NCBI GenBank assembly: GCA_976226885.1
Contig: OZ320319.1
Location: 7,006,001 to 7,070,000, forward strand
Direction of reading: 5' to 3'
Length of the DNA: 64,000 nucleotides
Source of the DNA: Iphione sp. A-MEVVRFRX5
Taxonomy: Eukaryota
The position numbers and the translations under genes were made by a program. A model generated the notes under the pieces. It was not told the DNA's origin, made no database searches, and was given only the letters and a program-made list of their open reading frames with translations. Each line of letters begins with the position of its first letter. The first letter of the stretch is position 1. Below are positions 62,312 through 64,000 of the stretch, in pieces.

Positions 62312-62670
62312 ATGTACATGGAACAAGACATTCAGGAGATGATGTCCATGTGTCTGTGCGTGGAAGCAGTTATGCTGGCGATGCTGGGGGCACTGGGCGC
62401 CTTCGATGAAATTCATCGAAGACGACGCCAGTGGCGCCGTCGGGAGGCTAGGTATTGGGTACGCCCAATACTCACGTATCGGCTCGAGGAAGGTGTGTAC
62501 AACAACCTAGTCAGACACATTTGGGATGACGCTGAGGAGTTCCCGAAGGTCTTCCGTCTGACACCTTCCCAGTTCTGATATGTGCTGGACAAGGTGCGCG
62601 AGGACCTCACCAGAGTCTCCCTGATGAGGGCTGCTATTTCTCCGACCCAGCGACTGTGTGTTTTTCTCAG
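62312..62670 (+). pseudogene. PIF/Harbinger (HARBI1-like) transposase, first exon, in-frame TGA at 62576
   Basis: YWVRP...GVYNNL...D.EEF..VFRL..SQF*YVL..V...L......R.AISP.QRL.V.LR followed by donor AG|GTAGGT at 62671. Confidence 0.8.
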
Positions 62671-64000
62671 GTAGGTTCCCATTTGACTCTTGTTCCTGCT
62701 TCGGGCCAGGCATGCAATATAGTCTGTGTTTATGTTATTAAACAGACAAAGGAAGAACTGTACAGCTTTTATGCATCTGTGAGTTTATTGCTATCGTACT
62801 ACTATGCGCATTCAGGTATAAAACCACAGTCAGGGATATACAGCTTGACTGGAGAAGGGCAGGGCGCAGCGGGACGTGGGAGAGCCGGGAGGGAGGAGGG
62901 GAGGAGGCTGGCCTCATGGTTGTGTTTGTTGGTGTAGTGGTGTGTGTTATTCTAGTGTGGTGTAATGTCTGGTGTTTTGGCTTTGAGCCTCCGAGGACCG
63001 GACTGCAGGCTGTGACCACACGAGGCCCTGTCTGTGGATAGAGTCCGCCCACTCGTCCAGGGTCACAAACATGTCTGGATCATGATCTGAATCGGTGCCA
63101 TGTGTAGATGCCCGCGTGTGGGATGCCTGCTGGTGCGTTTGTGTTTGCTCACTTGTCTGGCTAGCTGGGTACTGTGGGCAGTATTGTGGTGTCTGGGGGA
63201 AGTAGTGCGTGTCACGTTGGCCGACAATGTCTGGGCGATAGTGTGATTCTGTGGATGTTGGCGTGTGGTAAAATGGCAGGTGTGGGAAATTTCCTTACTC
63301 CAGGCAGTGGCTATTGTTTTGTGCTTGGTGGTTTGTCTGGGGGGTGTGCTGGCTGTATGTTTGGGCGGCATTTCCACTGTATGTGGGTGTGGATGTCGGC
63401 GTTCCGTGTGTCGGGAGGTGTGTGTAATTGCCGCATGGCATAGGGTGACTATTGATCTGTTGCTGCGGGTGTGTCTGCATGCTGTGCTGGCTGAAGGGCT
63501 GTCCTGTTATGTGGCTAGGGTAGTAGGTGGATGTTGAATTCGGCGTGTGGTGTGTTTGCATGTGTGTGAAATTTATTCGTTCGACAGACTGATGAGTTGG
63601 TGGTTCCTGCGAGTGTGTCTGCGGAGTGTGATGGGTGGAGTGGTGGCCGACTTTGGGTCTCTTGTATGGGGGCGTCAGGCCGGGAGTCGGCGACACGCAG
63701 GATGGGTTTTCCTCGGTGCCGTCTGGGTGTGACTGTGATAGTGTTTGTGGAATGCACTTTGTATTTTCGTCGTGGGTAGGCGCCTGTGTTTCTTGTTGGG
63801 ACGGGGTATCAGGGCAAAAGTGTATGGGGGTGCTGTGACGCAGGCGTGAAGCGGGCGGTGTGTCATGCTTTGTCTTGTTGTAATATAGTAGCGATGGAGA
63901 ATGCGAACCGGAGCGTGTCTGTGTCTCGTGTCTGTGTCGCTGTGGTGGGGAGCGATTATGCTAGTGTTTGGGGAGCCATTTCCTGTCGCTGGGGGTGTCA

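Larger units (their letters stand above)
58879..64000 (+). mobile_element. Left part of a PIF/Harbinger DNA transposon (left boundary tentative)
   Basis: TAA|GGCCCCTTTTCCATG resembles a Harbinger TIR with TAA TSD; GC-richer block containing a transposase exon; no right TIR in the window, so TIR and transposase may belong to different elements. Confidence 0.45.

Overview
AT-rich eukaryotic (invertebrate-like) genomic DNA with spliceosomal introns and dense repeats; no prokaryotic features. (1) A tandem cluster of minus-strand, three-coding-exon genes for secreted single-domain C-type lectins: copy A 6148-8188, B 38996-41228, C 47919-51572, plus a disrupted fragment D at ~31.8-34.6 kb. It arose by multi-kb segmental duplications. 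(2) Two divergent, head-to-tail, near full-length CR1-superfamily non-LTR retrotransposons (~11.0-17.6 kb and ~17.7-24.6 kb) with an unusual shared three-ORF layout. ORF1 = PIP-box + NLS + coiled coil + L1-type RRM/CTD + C-terminal NADAR (YbiA-like) domain. ORF2 = stand-alone SGNH esterase. ORF3 = APE endonuclease + RT. The two elements also share splice-acceptor-like sites before their ORFs, a donor cluster in the 5' leader, and five covarying mini-hairpins in the 3' UTR. This NADAR/PIP-box LINE is the best candidate for an undescribed system. (3) Tc1/mariner-type MITEs, tRNA-derived SINEs, RTE and CR1 remnants, two LTR-like promoter elements, and the 5' part of a PIF/Harbinger transposon at the right end. 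All domain calls are by-eye motif recognition; no database search was run, so novelty is unverified.
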